Made by a program: the position numbers and the translations under genes. The notes under the pieces are model-generated. The model did no database searches and was not told where the DNA came from. It saw nothing but the letters and a program-made list of their open reading frames with translations. From the human T2T-CHM13v2.0 reference genome, Homo sapiens: a DNA stretch of 64,000 nt. This document shows positions 1-20,445 of this stretch, in pieces. The stretch lies in the NCBI RefSeq assembly GCF_009914755.1, contig NC_060938.1. The stretch is one strand, 5' to 3'. Within the stretch, counting starts at the first letter, position 1; each line of letters begins with the position of its first letter.

Positions 1-3000
1 TTTTGTTTTGAAATCTATTTAGTCTGATATAGCTTCTCCTGTTGTTGTTGTTTTTTTTTTCTTTTTTTGGTTTCCATTGGCATGAAATATTTTTTTCCAT
101 CCTTTTGTTTTCTGTTGACATGTGTCTTTATGGGTGAAGTGTATTTCTTGTAGGCAGCAGATCATTGGGTCTTGTTTTTTTATCCATTCAGCCACTCTCT
201 GTCTTTTGATTGGAGAGTTTAGTCCATTTACATTCAATGTTATTATTACCTAAGCACTTATTTCTCCCACTTTGCTTTTATTTTCTAGTTGTTTTGTGGT
301 CTTCTTTTCCTTTTTTTTTCCTTCCCTTCTGCCTTCCTTTAGTGAGGGTGATTTCCTCTGGTGGTATGTTTTAAATTCTTGCTTTCTATATTTTGTGTAT
401 CTGTTGTATTTATTTTATTTGATGCTTGGGAATAATATTGTATAATCCATTGTTTTATACTGACAACACTGATTACATAAACAAACAAACTTACAAACAA
501 GCAAAGAAAACACTAACAAAAACTTGACACTTTAACTGCATCCTGCCACTTTTTAACTTTTTGTTGTTTCTGTTTATATCTTTATTATACTGTCTATGTT
601 TTGAAAGGTTGTTATAGTCATTATTTTTGATAGGTTCATGTTTTTGTCTTTCTACTTAAGATATGAGTAGTTTACACATCAAAATTACAGTGTTATAATC
701 TGTGTTTGTCTATGTACTTACTATTACTAGTGAGTTTTGTAGCTTCAGATGACTTCTTATTGCTCATTAATAGCCTTTTCTTTCAGGTTGAAGAACTCCC
801 TTTAGCATTTATTGTAGGACAGGTCTGGAGCTGATGAAATCCCTCAGCTTTTGTTTGTCTGGGAAAGTCTTTATTTCTCCTTCATGCCTGAAAGATATTT
901 TCACTGGATATACCATTCTAGGGTAAAAGTTTTTTTCCTTCAGCACCTTAAATATGCCATTCCACTCTCTCCTTGTGTGTAAGGTTTCCACTGATAAGTC
1001 TACTGACAGATGTACTGGAGTTCCTTTGTATGTGATTTCTTTCTTTTCTCTTGCTAAAAGTAGCAAGATTCCTTCTTCATCCTTGACCTTTGGGAGTTTG
1101 ATTATTAAATGTCTTGATATAGTCTTTTGGGGATTAAATCTGCTTGGTGTTCTATAACCTTCTTGTACTTGAATATTGATATCTTTCTCTAGTATTGGAA
1201 AGTTCTCTGTTATTATTTCTTTGAATACAGTTTCCATACTCTCTCTCTCTCTACCTCCTCTTCAAGGCCAATAACTCTTAGATTTGTCCTTTTGAGGCTA
1301 TTTTCTAGATCTTCTGGCATGCTTTATTCTTTTTTATTCTGTTTTCTTTTGTCTCCTCTGACCATGTATTTTCAAATAACTTATCTTCAAGCTTACTAAT
1401 TCTTCTGCCTGATCAAGTCTGCTATTAAGGGACTCTGATGCTTTTTTCAGTACATCAATTGCATTTTTGAGCTTCATAATTTCTTCTTGATTGTTTTTAT
1501 TACATAAATCTCTTTGTTATATTTATCTAATAGAACTCTGAATTCCTTCTCTGTATTATCTTGAATTTCATTGAGCATCCTCAAAACAGCTACTTTGGAT
1601 TCCATATCTTAAAAGTCACGTATCTCTGTCTATCAGAGATTGACCTCCTGATGGCTTATTTAGTTTATTTGATTAGGTTATGTTTTCCTGGATGGTCTTG
1701 ATGCTTGTGGATATTTATCCACATCTAGGAATTGAAGAATTAGGTATTTATTGTAGTCTTTGCAGACATGTTCATGCCTGTCCTTCTGGGGAAGGCTTTC
1801 CAAGTATTCAAAGAGACTTGGGTGTTATGATCTAAGTTTTTGGTCACTAGAGCCATATCTGGATTAGGGATTATCCCAAGCCCAACAATGCTGTGGCTCT
1901 TGCAGACTCATAGAGGTACTACTGCCTTGGTGGCCTTGGGTAAGATCTGAGAGAAATCCCTGGGTTACCAGGCAGAGATACTTTTCTCTTACTTTCCCCC
2001 AAATGAATGGAATCTCTTTCTCTACGCTGAGCTGCCTGGAGCTGGGGGAGGGGTGATGCAAACACCATCACTGGGATTGCACTGGGTCAGACCTGTAACC
2101 AGCACAGCACTGTGTCTCATCTAAGGCCCTTGGTGACCACTGCCTGGCTACAGCCTATGTTCATTCAAGGTCCAAGGGCTCTACAACCAGCAGGTGGTGA
2201 ATCCAGCTAGGCTTGCGTTCTTCCCTTAGGATGGCAAGATCCCCCCCAGCCCTAGGAGGGTCCAGAGATGCCATCCCAGAACCAAGGCCTGGAGTTGGGA
2301 ACTTTCAGAAGCTACCTTGTGCTCTATTTTGCTACAGCTGAGCTGGCACCCAAGCTACAAAACAAAGTGTTTCCCAGTCTTCTCTTCCTTTTCCTCAAGC
2401 AGAGGAGTTTTTCCTTGTGGCCACTACTGGCTAGGCATGTGGTAAGTACTGCCTGGCTACCACTGATATTCACTCAAATCCCAAGGGCTCTTCAGTCAAC
2501 TTGTGGTAAATGCTGCCAGGCCTAGATCTCTCTTTCAGGGCAGTGGGCTCCCCTCTTGCCCAGGATGTGTCCAGAAATGTCATCCAGGAGCTAGGGCCTG
2601 GAATGGGGTCCTCATGACTCTGCCTGGTGCTCTGTTCTACTGTGGCTGGGCTGGTATCCAAGTTGTAAGACAAAGTCCTCTTTACTTTCCCCTCTTGTAT
2701 CCTCAAGTATAGGGAAGGAGTTGTGAGCTGTACTGCCTGGGGTTGGGGAAGGGGTTATGCAAGCACTCTGTTAGCCCTCCCAGCTGGTGTCTCACTAGGT
2801 TGTGTGCACCCCAAGTCCAGTGGCTCTGAGCCCAGCATAGCACCAGGACTTGCCGAGGAATTGCAGTCCTCGTGGCCTAGAGTGCCTTTCAAGTTTATTT
2901 AGGATCCTAGAGTACTTTAACCTATGGTGGTGGAGCTTGCCAGAGTTCAGTTTCTGTCTGCTGGGATGGACAATTCCCCTCTGGCTAGGGCTCATCTAAA

Positions 3001-3372
3001 TGTTCCCTCTGTGGGTGCTGGCTGAATTTTTCCTTGTTTTGTTTTCCACTGTGATAGGGCAGAAGTGAGATCCAATGCAAAGTCCCACAATCGCTGCGTA
3101 GTCCCTCCCCAAGTGCACAGATTTTCTCTCCATGCCACATGGCCACTGCTGGAGGATGGGTGGGGGGGTGACATAAGTGATTCAAGACTGTCTTTCTTAC
3201 CCCCTTCTGTATCTCTTTTCTTAATATGATGTTAAATCCAGGTACTACGATTACTCCCCTAATTTTTGGTTCTTATGAAGATGCTTTTTTGTGTGGATAG
3301 TTGTTGAATTTGGTGTTCCTGTTGCGGAGACCATCGCTGGAGGGTTCTATTCGGCCGTCTTGCTCCATCTCC
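1..3372 (-). mobile_element. Old LINE-1 (L1M/L1MA-type): 5'UTR, degenerate ORF1, long inter-ORF spacer and start of ORF2; runs off the left edge
   Basis: ORF2 endonuclease start ([17 protein letters not shown], 19-237). ORF1 C-terminal half (EIITENFP..LKEKNFYPR..KLRDF, 809-1237). 5' terminus reads GGAGATGGAGCAAGACGGCCGAATAG on the minus strand, ending at 3372. Confidence 0.9.
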
Positions 3373-3494
3373 TGAAGCCTGACTTTTTTGAGCATGCCCT
3401 AACAGTATGTCCATATTTGTTTAAATTGTTATGACATCTAAATAGTTTTCAACTGAGGTCAAATATTTTTAAGGATAAGCTGGTCTGTAATGAC

Positions 3495-3600
3495 TAGAGT
3501 GGCCACATAGTTCATCACTCAAATCTGAACAGTATCAAAGGTGAAAAGAGGCACTAACTGGGTATGATGCTGGGGCCACAGATGTCAGACCGAACAATAA
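3495..3600 (+). mobile_element. MER81-like hAT DNA transposon remnant
   Basis: Resembles recalled MER81 consensus (agtggccacatagttcatc...gtgaaaagaggcact...gctggggccacag). Confidence 0.5.
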
Positions 3601-4360
3601 TTTCACCAACAAAGCAAATGAGAATCTCCTGCAAAAGTCCTGGAATCATGTCCTTTGATTTGCCTTTGGAGAGGAAAGACAAAGCAGAGTAGAGAAAGAA
3701 AAATGGAGAGGCAGGAAGAAAAAGAGAAAGGAGAAGAGGCAAAGTGAGAGGAGACAAGAAAAGGGCTGGACTCATTTTAGCATGATATCTGATTGATGAA
3801 GTCCTAGTTTCTAAAATACAACAACTGGGGCCCTCCAAGAAGACTAAGAACGGAGAATGAACCAAAGAATCGAAGGTGAGGTCTCCTGAGCTGACCCCAC
3901 TGTTAATCCAGCTGCTAAGTCCACATTGTTTGATTTTTTCCTAGTGTACATTGTGGGCTGTAGCTGACCTTGGCAGGGATCACGATGCTGGGGAAACACA
4001 GTAGTGTTTATGTGGCTAGAATATATGTATAGTTTTTCACCCCTCTTGTAACCCTTGATCCTTCTGTCTATGTAGGCATCACTACCTAAGGAAAGGAATA
4101 ACTGGGAAGAAAGCAAATAACACAAAATGAGTCAATTAATTAGCTTTTTAGTTTTTAAAGTCTTGGCCTCAGGAGAACAGAACTGGAGTGTTTACAGTAG
4201 ATGTGGGAGAAGTGATGAATAATAAAAAAGAAGCTTCCTGAATCCACATGGCTCTCCCTCCTTTAGGCCAAAGTGTGCCCCAAGCTCCCTTCATCAACCA
4301 ACCAGGAAAACAGAGAAAGCTTGTTCTTCCTCTGAAAACAGAAGAAAGGAGAGCTTAGAT

Positions 4361-4581
4361 CAAGCTTGTTCAACCCGCAGCCTGCAGGTCACATGCAGCC
4401 CAAGATGGGTTTGAATGTCACCCAACACAAATTCATAAATTTTCTTAAAACTTTATGAGATTTTTTTGCAATTGTTTTAGCTCATCAGCTATTGTTAGTG
4501 TTAGTGTATTGTATGTGTGGCCCAAAACAATTTGCTTTCTTCCAATGTAGCTAAAGGAAGCCAAAAGGTTGAACACCCCTG
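4361..4581 (-). mobile_element. MER30 hAT-Charlie MITE, full length
   Basis: Termini CAAGCTTG...CACCCCTG and the internal 'agctcatcagctattgttagtgttagtgtat' motif. Flanks gcttagat / tcgtagat look like a decayed 8-bp TSD. Confidence 0.88.
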
Positions 4582-5867
4582 TCGTAGATGGTAATGAGTC
4601 CTGGATGAAAAAGCCTGCACCCAGCTCTCTTCCTGGTAGGTACCAGGGAGAATGTTCCACAACAGGAACTCCAGATATGTTTCGGGATTGTAGTACAGAA
4701 GAAACCTGTGTTTACCTTCTCTGGTAGACTCGAGAAAGGAGGCAAGACCCCCAAGTAAGGATGGCTGTCTACTCTGCCCTGGTAGATAAGTTTGAAAATG
4801 TCTCAGAGTAGACCTGTGAATGGTGAGGTTGGGGTACTGGGACAGTAGAATTATACTTGTGTACCCAAGGGTACCAAGGAAGTGACACATGGCTGTGGAT
4901 GGTCCCACCAAGTTTTCTGTGGTCTCAGAATGGCATGGAGACATCAAGGTATTGCAACTCAAAACCAGATCCAGAGTTACTATGGTATGGTCTGACAAAG
5001 GGATGACTTGGCAATGACCAGCAGGTGTCCCTGTCCCATCTAAGTAGCTATGCTAGTGAAGAGTGCAGCCAACTTAGATGAGATGCCCTACATTCCTAAC
5101 CTTCATTCAGTAGCACTGTGTAATCCTCAAACTGAGATGCAATCACAGGGGAAAGGCAGGTATCCGGAAATGACTGAAATTAAATTTCTATTGCCTGGAA
5201 GAAAAGGGGGTCATTGTAAGTATTAACTCTTTCCACACCTGGGTTTGTGAACTGAGATTTGTATATACCACATATAGAAACGTGTATACCTGCACCTCAT
5301 CCTATGCCCTTACACCTCCAAGTCTAGGCAGAATGCCCCATCAGGGCAGCAAGTACCTCTAATTTTCCCTAGTGCTTTTAAACATTGTACCAATTCTGTG
5401 AATTAGTCCCTTTGTGTTGATTTTATAGTCACGACTGCCATGAAGAATTTCTCTCTCAAGTCTTTCATTATTTGTGTGTTTTATGCACCATTTCCCTCTA
5501 GAAAACAGCCATCTGCTCAGAAATCAGTATAATTGCATCACCTCCATGTTCCTTTCACTGGAGGCTTGACCTTAGATGATGTGGACTTCTAATATCTAAA
5601 TGTTCTTATCCAATGAGCCATGACTCAACACAATTGGAGCGAACGTTTTAATAAGATTACCTGGAGTAGGGTGGGGGTACATCTCTCTTGGTTAGCACAA
5701 CTAGAATGTGCAAAACAAAAAACAAAAAGGAGGCTCTACTGCCCTTCAAGAGAACTCTGCTGCCTTTCACGCTCTTAGAAGTCTGAACTCAGACATTCAA
5801 GTAACCTCATTCAGTATAAGTTTGATAGATGAGCACTAAGTTAGCTTCATGATTTTACAGCAGGTAA

Positions 5868-6167
<300 letters not shown>

Positions 6168-6190
6168 TGAGACTTTTAAAACCCAAGCTA

Positions 6191-6461
6191 CTTTGGGAGG
6201 CTGAGGCGAGCGGATCACGAAGTCAGGAGATCGAGACCATCCTGGCTAACACAGTGAAACCCCGTCTCTACTAAAAATACAAAAAGTTAGCCAGGTGTGG
6301 TAGTGGGCACCTGTAGTCCCAGCTACTCAGGAGGCTGAGGCAGGAGAATGGCATGAACCCGGGATGCGGAGCTTGCAGTGAGCCGAGATCACGCCACTGC
6401 ATTCCAGCCTGGGTGACAGAGCAAGACTCCATCTTAAAAACAAACAAACAAACAAACAAAC
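6191..6461 (+). mobile_element. AluY, 5'-truncated, (AAAC)n tail
   Basis: AluY diagnostics (gagatcgagaccatcctggctaac, gcggagcttgcag). Exact 13-bp TSD aaaacccaagcta at 6178-6190 and 6462-6474. Confidence 0.95.
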
Positions 6462-6984
6462 AAAACCCAAGCTAACAAGTGTGTTAAAACATGTCAGTTT
6501 TTTCTATATTTTTTTGTAACTTTACAAACTTGGTGTATTTAGGTTCCCTCCCCCACTTTCTCCACAGATACTCTAAGTTGCAGGGAAGGCTGAAGCTTCT
6601 AGCAATGGGAAGGAGGAGGTGGCCTTCAGTATGGACTGGCATTCACTGAGATATTGCTTGCACCATCTGCTCTTTGGACATCACACCTTTAGCCCAGTGT
6701 CTTTGTTTCCTCTTTGGTATCAGATTAGCATGTCCATGTACTCTGTGTATCCCTCATCCCAACCAAAAGCTCCTTCAGATCCACTGGGGCCCTTTATATC
6801 ACTCCCTTGATATATCCAGAAGTAAGGCAAACTTCCCTTCTGTGTGTGTGCAGGAGAGTTAGACAAATGTGAAAGCCCTCTTTGGCCCCATCGTCTCCCC
6901 TGTTTTGTTGTTGCACCGTGCTGTCTGGACTGTCTTTAAGAGAACCAGCCAGGTGAGTACTGTATTCTTAAAAATCTATTGTCT

Positions 6985-8969
<1,985 letters not shown>

Positions 8970-10002
8970 AAAAATCTATTGTCTGGCCCAGAAACTTGGC
9001 TCTGGCTTGAGTAATGAAAAAATCTCTTCCTTCAAGGCTATTGTTTCTGCTACATGTTTAGAATATGTATTTAGCAATTCAAAGTAGAGAGTCGACCTTC
9101 TGACCTTTCCTGCTATCTCTGTGATCTCTTGTATCAGAGGTTCCAACGTGAAAAACTATATGACCCAAATATGCATCCGCAATATATTTTTATGTTTGAG
9201 TTCATTTTTTAAATTTTAAATCCAAGATGTTTCTTTTCCAATAAGAGGAGCCAGAGCTTCTTGGAGAAGTTGCTGATTCCAGGGCTAGGGCGAGGAAAGC
9301 AGAAGATGAGCCTCTGAAACATGTTGCCATCCCAGAAAATAAGGAAGTGCTCAAAATAGGATGAGGCATGACAAAAGCACATCACAGCCAAGCCAATTGG
9401 AAGGCACTCCCAATGGGCAAATCGAGAACAATTTGAGCAACAAAATAACAATAATAATAATGGATTGTAACCCATAAAATAAAATAAATATCCATACTAA
9501 TATAAATAATTGAATAAATAAATAAACAGGGGAAAGGGATAGGACAGCTTTTCCTTACAGAGGAATTCTAATTAATAAATGTAGAATGAATGCAGGAAAT
9601 ATATCACCACTAGGCAGATATTACATTAAACAGTAATCATTGTAGGCAAGATCCACTGACAGATGTTAAAATCAGTGGACTAAAGTTTAATAGGAAACAG
9701 GATACTTGTAGCTTCAAAGTATTGTCCCCAAACTATTGGTTTATTAGGTAAAAAAAAAAAAAAATGAAAACTTTACAATGGAAAAACATGGCAGACACCA
9801 CCTTAACTGAATGATCAAAGTAAGCATCACCACTGATAGGACATATTGACATCATGTACCCCCCAATATGATGCACTGAGATGGGCACAGCATCACTTTT
9901 GTGGTATTTTTGCAAAAAAATGCAAAAATCTCAACTTAATCATGAGAAAATAGAAACACTCTACAAAATAATTGACAAGTAGTCATCTAAAATGTTAAAG
10001 TC

Positions 10003-11591
<1,589 letters not shown>

Positions 11592-11650
11592 TAAAATGTT
11601 AAAGTCATGAAAGACAAGGAAAGACCAAAACTAAAGAAATACAACAATTA

Positions 11651-11950
11651 GGCCGGGCATGGTGGCTCACGCCTGTAATCCCGGCACTTTGGGAGGCCGA
11701 GGCGGGCGGATCCTGAGGTCAGGAGTTTGAGACCAGCCTGGCCAACACAGTGTAACCCTGTCTCTACTAAAAATACAAAAATTAGCTGGGCATGGTGGTG
11801 GGCGTCTGTAGTCCCAGCTACTCAGTAGGCTGAAGCAGGGGAATCGCTTGAACCCAGAAGGCGAGGTTGCAGTGAGCCAAGATCATGCCACTGCACTCCA
11901 GCCTGGGCGATAGAGTGAGACTCTGTCAGAAAACAAAACAAAACAAAAAA
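11651..11950 (+). mobile_element. AluS (Sx-like)
   Basis: Full dimer; TSD aagaaatacaaca on both sides. Confidence 0.95.
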
Positions 11951-12729
11951 AAGAAATACAACACTAAAAGCAATGTGGGATCCTGGACTGGATCCTGGAA
12001 CAGAAAAAGAACCTTAGGGGAAAACTGATGAAATTTGAATAAGCACTGCAGTTTAATTCTTTATAGCAATGTTAACTCATAGTTCTGAGAATTATACTAT
12101 GGGTATGAAAGCTGACAATATTAGGGAAAGCTGGGTGGAGAGTATACATGAACTTTCTGCAGTATTTTCCCAGTTTTTCTACAAGTCTAAAATTGTTTAA
12201 AAATAAAAAGTAAAAAAAAAAATCAAGATATTTCACACATGTAGAATCTGGATTTTCATGTTATCTGGAAAAATCGAAAGATCCTTACATGATTATTGGT
12301 CATGGAGAAGTAGTAACTAATTCCTTCACAGTAGGGCATGTTTTTTTCGGTTTGCCACAATCCCTTCCCCTTCTATTGTACCACATGGGGCCATGTTTTA
12401 TTTATTTATTGTGCTATAAAGCCTGGTTCCAAGAAGCATTTGGTTTGGGGATCCCTTGCTCAGTAAAAATACAATGTTCCAGGCCAAATGATCTACCTGT
12501 TGTTTTCTAAACAAGCTTTGTCTTAACCCTTCCATATTCCCACTTTTGCACAAGCTGTTCCTTCTGAGTGGATTTTCTGCCTGTATCCTCAATCTTATTA
12601 TTTTAGTCTTCCCTATCCTTCAAAACCTAATATGCAGACCACTTCCTCTATGAAGGCTGTGTCTATCCATTGAGTTCATCTCTCCCCCCTTTGAATTAGA
12701 GCATCTGATATTCCTTGGAAAATGGTACC

Positions 12730-13150
12730 AACTTTCATTCATTATGTACTGAATAGTAGCTATGTGTCAGGCACACTTTCCTAAGTGCTGGTGACACCCA
12801 GATGAGCAATATGTCATCTTTGCTCATCAATGATCTTTCAGGCCTGGAGGAAGGCAGACAAGAAAACCAGCATTAGAATTTATGTGAGACGCATTATGAT
12901 AAAACTATGTGTAAAATTCTAAGAGTGCTCAGAGGAGAGGACTTCTTAAGGGGTGAACCACTTAAGTTGATTCTTAAAAGAAAGTGAGAAATTAGGTAGG
13001 AAGTGCTAAGGACTGGGAATTAGGGAAGAACCTTTAGATGAGGAAACAATTTAATCAAAGGCCTGGAAGCCTGAGAGGGTAACTGCAAGCAGCTTGGAGA
13101 GCATGTGTTTGGCAGGTGAGGCTGAACAGGTAGGAGCACACAGCTTTGTG
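12730..13150 (-). mobile_element. L2 fragment
   Basis: L2 3'-end pattern ttcattcattatgtactgaatag...tatgtgtcaggcac...gtgctggtgacac. Confidence 0.6.
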
Positions 13151-13214
13151 CAGTAGCCAGATTTATATGTAACATCACTCTCACTCAACTATTAACTCCT
13201 TGAGGGTAAAAAAT

Positions 13215-13800
13215 TGGAGACAGAAGGAAAGAACATTAAACTTCAAGTTAAAAGATCTCACCTCTCTCTGCTATTTACTAGAGTTTATGCCATTAATAGT
13301 TAAGGAGTGTCTACTTATAAGCTGTGTGATCTTGGGCAAGTTACTTAATATGTCTGTGCCTCAATTCTTTCATTTATAAAATACTACCAGCTGCACAGAG
13401 CATCGAGAGAAATAGTAATGATAACCATAATCACCATAGACACCAACCAGAATGGAGGCTGGACCAGTGAGAAATGGACACTGGCTATAAAAATCCTCTA
13501 AGTGCAAATGGTGTATTTGCTGATCATCAGCCACAGGTGCAAGGAATTAATAAGCTGATCTGTGTAAACAGCACGCACGGTGCCTGGCACAGAGTGTGCA
13601 ATTAATAAGAGTTAGTTACTAGAACCATGTGCTACACACCAGTGTATTTTCTATCTTATTTGAGTGCTAATTCTTACAACAATTCTGAGACAGATGTTGT
13701 TCTTTCAAATTTAATGTTTGAAGAGAGTGAAGTTGAGAGAGGTTCAGAAACCTGTCCAAGGCCACACAGCTAATAATGATCAGAGGTGAGATCTGAAATT
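13215..13800. mobile_element. Cluster of MIR fragments on both strands
   Basis: MIR core gctgtgtgatcttgggcaagttacttaa..tctgtgcctca (13320-13365); gtgcctggcacag; reverse core gagaggttcag..tgtccaaggccacacagcta (13735-13775). Confidence 0.7.
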
Positions 13801-13814
13801 CCAAGTATTGTGGT

Positions 13815-14112
13815 TAGTACCAGCTACAAAATTTTCAGGACCAAGTGCAAAACGAGTATGTGGCCCCTTGTTCGAAATTATTGAGAATCTCAAGACGATG
13901 TGAAGGGTATCAGTACCAAAATGGAGTCACTTATGTCAACCTAAAACCACAGAGAGAATGGCTCTCCAAAGAAATGAATTTCTTTGGAAATAAACTAACA
14001 AAAATGACAGCAGAACATTAAGACAAGTATGTGATCCTTCCAAGTCTGGGAACTTTCTAAACATGGGACCCTGTGTGGTTGCATAGGTTGTACTCCTGTG
14101 AAACTAGCCCTG
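13815..14112 (-). mobile_element. MER45A-like hAT element split by a ~100-bp insert
   Basis: Matches recalled MER45A (ggccccttgttc..aattattgagaatctcaagac | acagcagaacatta...gaaactagccctg); insert at about 13901-14002. Confidence 0.7.
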
Positions 14113-15203
14113 ATTGTTTTATTTGCAAACTACCAGAGTGTGCTGAAAAGAAAACCAGCATGAAGGAAAACCTGAGCATTACTCTCAGGAATAAAATTAA
14201 ATATGGGACAAATGTACGCCCATGGATGCTTCATAATGTCTTTGTAATGTGCTAATACCTTCTAATGAGTACAGAGGTCATTAGTAAAGGAAATAAGTCA
14301 AGAAATTAAAAAAACCCATCCAAGCATGATCTGCTGGTATGTGCAATGCAAATGGACTTTACAACACAATGTGAGTTTATTTAATTATTTTGTGTTTTTT
14401 TCCATATTCCAGGAAGTTTAATAATGGTCTGGATTAAAGAACACTAAAGATCTTTATATATCACACTTAGGTTAGTTTAAATTCAGCTGCTTCTTGAAAT
14501 CCTGAATTTAACAGGAACAAATGTATCCCAATTACCACATTAGCTAATACTCTGGAAAAACAAGCTCAGCAAGGAAACAATTTCAACTTTGCTTAAGTAA
14601 GAAGATAAAGCAAAAGTACAGGAAAGGATGTCTGTTGAGTCATGAACTTACCTTCTCAGCTTAGTTCCCTGTGTTCTTTCCCAGAGCTTGCTGAAAAACA
14701 GCCTCTCTCCCGTGTTACAGAGAAGCCTGACTATAGAGAAGGAAGGCTTTTCTGTCAACTCCTTCCACTTTTAGACAGTCAGATGCTGAATCCATTTTCT
14801 CAGTTATGAGCATTTATCTGGACATGCTCACACACTTCAAAAATAGCATCTTCATTTAACAAATGGGAAAACTGAGGCACCCTGGTGAACCCTCCTACAC
14901 TACCCTGTAGTGCAAGCTTTAAGCACTATTTTACTTCTTTTTAGACGGAATTTTTCTCAGTTCTATGGTGAGGCTGAATCAATAGATCAACAAGCACTTA
15001 TCTGACACTTACTAAATTTCCTTTTATAAATGTAGCGAAGAATACAGTGGGACTCACCATTGGAAGGAAGGGATTTTAAGCCTTCCTGCACAGAGACCTC
15101 TTGGGCCCTATGGGTGATAAAATGGTAAAGGCCCCTGACCTATTAAGCTGGAGGCCTTCTCAACCCCTTTAGGATGCTAAAGAATTCTAAAGAATTCACC
15201 CTA

Positions 15204-15601
<398 letters not shown>

Positions 15602-16099
15602 TTAAGCCCTCAAAAACTTGGAGTAAATTTCTCTTTCAAAGAAGTATTCACCTCAGAAGGGAATAGGCTCTACTTTGTATAGGCCAGGACATTAGGTACA
15701 GGCTAAAGGAGACATCACACTAAGTCAGGACATGTCTTTTCCATTTTGAGTAAACAAAACTATATCACAGAAGAGTAGGCAAACTCCATGGTAGGTGACT
15801 TGCAGTAGATGGGAGAAGGGCCTTCAGGGAAATAGTCACATTGGCTGCCAGGGTAGCCTAGGATGGATGTCTGGGGAATTTCTGCCCTGATCTGCACACA
15901 TGAAGGCTATGTCAGAGAGCAGGACGTGGTGGAGATGGGATGTGTGGCAGAGTCTAAGTGCACAAATACCCATCCTGCTTTCTTTCTTTTAGTAATAGAA
16001 CTAGGAATATGCCAGTCATTGGAGACTACATCTCCCATCCTCTCCTTTTTCTTTCTCTCATTGTATGAGGGAGTTAGGTAGCGGTATTTTCTCCTCCCA

Positions 16100-17414
<1,315 letters not shown>

Positions 17415-17846
17415 GTTTTAAATTTTAGATTCGGGGGTACATGTGCAGGTTTGTTACATGAGTTAGCTGCATGATGCTGAGGCTGGGCTTCTAATGATCC
17501 CGTCACCCAAGTAGTGAACATGGTACCCAATAGGTAGTTTTTCAGCCCTTCCCTTCCTCCTTCCTTCCCTTCCTGCTTTTGGAGTCTCCAGTGTCTAATC
17601 ACACCTTTGTGTCCATGTGTATCCAATGCTTAGCTCCCACTTCCAAGTGTGAATATAAGGTATTTGGTTTTCTGTTACTTAGGATTTGCTTAGGATAATG
17701 GCTTCTAGCTACATCCATGTCTTGGCAAAGGACATGATTTTGTTCTTTTATGGCTGTGTAGTATTCCATGGCGTATAAGTACCACATTTTCTTTATCTAA
17801 TCCACTGCTGATGGGCACCTGGGTTGATTCTATGTCTTTGCTATTG
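17415..17846 (-). mobile_element. Short L1PA15/16-like 3' fragment
   Basis: 3'UTR gattcgggggtacatgtgcagg...gtacccaataggtag; exact 14-bp TSD tcttttcactttct at 17401-17414 and 17847-17860. Confidence 0.85.
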
Positions 17847-17860
17847 TCTTTTCACTTTCT

Positions 17861-19125
<1,265 letters not shown>

Positions 19126-19210
19126 GTGGGTCCCTCCCACACACATGGGAATGGTAGGAGCTATAGTTAAAGATGAGATTTGGGTGGGGACACAGCCAAA
19201 CCTATATTAT
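19126..19210 (-). mobile_element. THE1 LTR terminal fragment
   Basis: Reverse complement of the THE1 start (aagatgagatttgggtggggacacagccaaac); compare 39393 onward. Confidence 0.8.
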
Positions 19211-19677
19211 TAACCTTGAATGTAAATGGGCTAAATATCCCAATTAAAAGACAGAGTGGCAAGTTTGATAAAAAGGCAATACCTAACTGTATGATGCCTT
19301 AAGAGACCTATCTCACATTCATGATAATCATAGGTTCAGAATAAAGGAACAGAGAGAAATCTACCAAGCAAGTGGAAAACAGAAAATAACAGGGATTGAT
19401 GTTGTAATTTCTGACAAAACAGACTTCAAGCCAACAATGATTGAAAAAGACAAAGAGGGGTATTACATAACGGTAAAGGGTTCAATTCAACAAAAATACC
19501 TAACTATCCTAAATATATATCCATCCAACAAGGGGGAAACCAGATTCATAAAGCAAGTTCTTAGAGACCAGCAAAGAGGCTTAGATAGCTACACAATAAT
19601 AGTGGGAGACTTTAACACCCTACTGACAATATTAGACAGATCTCCGAGGCAGAAAACTCACAAAGATATTTGGGACC

Positions 19678-20057
19678 TTTATTTGTCCATTCTCACACTG
19701 CTATGAAGAAATACCTGAGACTGGGTAATTTATATAGAAAAGAGGTTTAATTGGCTCACGGTTCTGCAAGCTGTACAGGAAGCGTGGCTGGGTAGGCCTC
19801 AGGAAACTTGTGGCAAAAGGCAAAAGGGATGCAGGCATGTCTTACACAGCCAGAGCAGGAGGAAGAGTTGAGTGCAGTGCGCTACACTTCTAAACAACTA
19901 GATCTCATGGTAACTGACACACTAACATGAGAACAGTACCAAAGGGGAAACCCACCCCCATGATCACCCAATCGTCTCCCACCAGGCTCCACCTCTAACA
20001 TTGGACATTATAATTTGAAATGAGATTTGGGTGGGGACACAGACCCAAACCATATCA
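19678..20057 (-). mobile_element. MST (MaLR) solo LTR
   Basis: cattctcacactgctatgaagaaatacctgagactggg...ggacacagacccaaaccatatca; flanks ggacc / gaacc. Confidence 0.88.
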
Positions 20058-20445
20058 GAACCTAACAGACATCTACAGAACTCTCCACCCCTCCAAAAAA
20101 TATAGATTTTTCTCATCTGCATATGGCACATACTCTAAAATCAACCAAACAACAAGCAGCCATAAAATAATTCTCAGCAAATTAAAAAAAAAAACAAAAT
20201 CATACCAACCATACCCTCAGACTACAGTGCAATAGAAATAGAAATTAATACTAAGAAAATCACTCTAAGCCATACAATTACATGGAAGTTAAACAACCTG
20301 CTCCTGAATGACTTTTGGGAAAACAATGAAACTAAGGCAGAAATCAAGAAATTGAAACTAATGAGAACAAAGATAAAACATACCATAACCTCAGGACATA
20401 GCTAAAGTAGTGTTAAAAGGTAGAGTTGATGGTGAAAAGTTAGAG

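Noticed and set aside
4600-5280. Possible very old LTR
   Set aside because: Only a vague terminal resemblance; family and boundaries cannot be supported without an HMM search.
6950-6958. Perfect splice donor CAG|GTGAGT in unique sequence
   Set aside because: No convincing paired acceptor or ORF; one such 9-mer can occur by chance in 64 kb. RNA data would be needed.
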